DNA of 64,000 nt from the NCBI GenBank assembly GCA_030324005.1, contig JARDVH010000025.1:76325454-76389453 (forward strand), in the 5' to 3' direction. Below, one piece after another: positions 62,440 through 64,000 of this stretch; within the stretch, counting starts at the first letter, position 1; every line of letters begins with the position of its first letter. A program made the translations under genes and the position numbers. This stretch comes from Negaprion brevirostris. Lineage: Eukaryota. The notes under the pieces are model-generated. The model ran no database searches and was not told the origin of the DNA. It saw nothing but the letters and a program-made list of their open reading frames with translations.

Positions 62440-63030
62440 GATGATTTTTTTGGATAAGTTAGCTTTTATGTAGGCTGCAGTTGAATAGGCTGCTGAGAAG
62501 GTCACTGGAAGAGTCAAGTCTGACAATAACAAAAATGTGGATAAAAGTTTCAGCAGGAGTGGTGGAGGCAGATGGCATTACAGAGGTGGAAATAAAAGGT
62601 CTTGATGATAGATAGTTTGTGGGGTTTGAAACTCAGTTCAGCATTGCAACACAAAGGTTAAATAGATAGAGTGAGCAGCTGGGAAGGATTCATTTTCTGA
62701 AATTAGGCTCATGGAACAGAGTCTTGCCTGTTTTAATGTGCATTGTGCACCAGCATTGATGATCAAAAAAATCATGTCCAGTGTACACCTCAATTGTGAA
62801 GACTCCCTGTGCCAGAATATAACAGTTAACCAGATGTAGTAAAAGATAAAGAAGCAAAGTTTTTGGTGGAATTACGTTGTAGAAGGTGGCTTCACTCTTC
62901 TCCATGTCTGACTGGGGGAAAATCCTGTCTCACCCAGATTAACGTTGGACAATGTGTCTGAATCATGGAGCTAGTTGTGATGGTGGTAAAAAGGTGCCGA
63001 CTATGACTATGGGGAACTATCTTCAATGTC
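62440..63030 (-). mobile_element. Old L2-type LINE fragment
   Basis: gagaaggtcactggaagagtcaagtct, gaggtggaaata..aggtcttg and ggggtttgaaactcagttca patterns typical of antisense L2 ORF2. Confidence 0.45.
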
Positions 63031-64000
63031 TAACTAGGTACAAGTTTGTACCATTTGCAATAAGAATGCCTTCTACTAAAATTGCACAACCATTTCAAGA
63101 GAAACATTAAAAAGGAAATGGTATCCAAAACGTTGCATTTTCTTTTTCTTCCCTTGATTGTTTTTACTTGTATTATTCAGTGACTCACAGTTCTAGCTGA
63201 ACAGCTCTAATAACATTGGTTTGAAATGGTATGGAACTGGGATAAAAGAATGAATTAAAAGATGTACCTGAGTAGTGCTTCCATATCATTTATGTAACAT
63301 AATAATGCTCTAATCTTTTTCAAGAGCGGTTCCCTGCTCTGTCACTAGTGTGGATTGTGTACAAGAAAAGGGAGGAGACCAACATCACATGTTTCCACTT
63401 CTTCTTTCTGCCTATAAGACCTTGTGAACTGATGCATATGCTGTGTTACAGAGAGGAAAGTGCTTCAATGAGACCAAGTGCTTTGTATCTTATTTGTTGT
63501 CGCAACTCTTTTTAGAGGCTGGATGCAGAGTTGCATAAACTGTAAATTTTGTACACAAGATAAAGATTTAATGATGTGCTATGTATAAAATGTAACAGAA
63601 GGCATTGACTGTTTAGAAAGAACTGCATGAATAATTAGTATTTCCCCAGAAACCATAGAATGAAGAATTCAATGTTTTTATGTTTGGTAATTAATTCCTG
63701 GAATAAACCACAGGACCTTTCCACAAAGATTGCACTCCCATAGTTACTTCTAATTCTCTCACATGACTTTTGTTCTCAAAATACCATATGGCATTAGCAT
63801 ACTTCTTCAGGCATATTATGCCTTCAGTCAGGATGATGCAGAATAAATACTTCACTAGTAAAAGTTTGAAGAAAGTAACATGTAAAGTTACTAACTCTTA
63901 AGCATTAAGATTAATGTTTTTTTTAATTTAGAAATTACAAATAATTTATCAAGTTTTGTCTTTAGCAATTGTTTGAAAGAGCTTTCTGAAAAATGAAATA

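Overview
This is eukaryotic vertebrate DNA, most likely a shark or ray, from a gappy draft assembly. The organism is inferred from abundant tRNA-headed HE1-type V-SINEs and their partner HER1/CR1-type LINE 3' ends. I found no intact protein-coding gene, rRNA, tRNA gene or CRISPR array. Most long ORFs in the track are N-gap read-through or decayed retroelement fragments. The window is an intronic or intergenic mosaic of CR1/HER1, L2, Rex1/Babar, RTE and CR1-Zenon-like LINE fragments, SINEs, two abutting decayed Gypsy pol regions, a decayed LTR element with a CCHC Gag knuckle, a solo LTR, Penelope-type fragments with decayed hammerhead-ribozyme cores, and palindromic MITE-like elements. These alternate with AT-rich unique stretches. 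The most notable observations are: (i) a complex direct-plus-inverted duplication at 12.3-15.0 kb whose order of events can be read from the sequence; (ii) a near-perfect RFX X-box with a GC box at ~50.96 kb, flanked by divergent exon-like segments; (iii) a back-to-back hammerhead-core palindrome at 7.88 kb; (iv) several orphan exon candidates, including a 12-nt microexon-like unit. I cannot demonstrate a novel biological system from the sequence alone. Repeat boundaries are approximate and family names come from motif recognition, not database searches.
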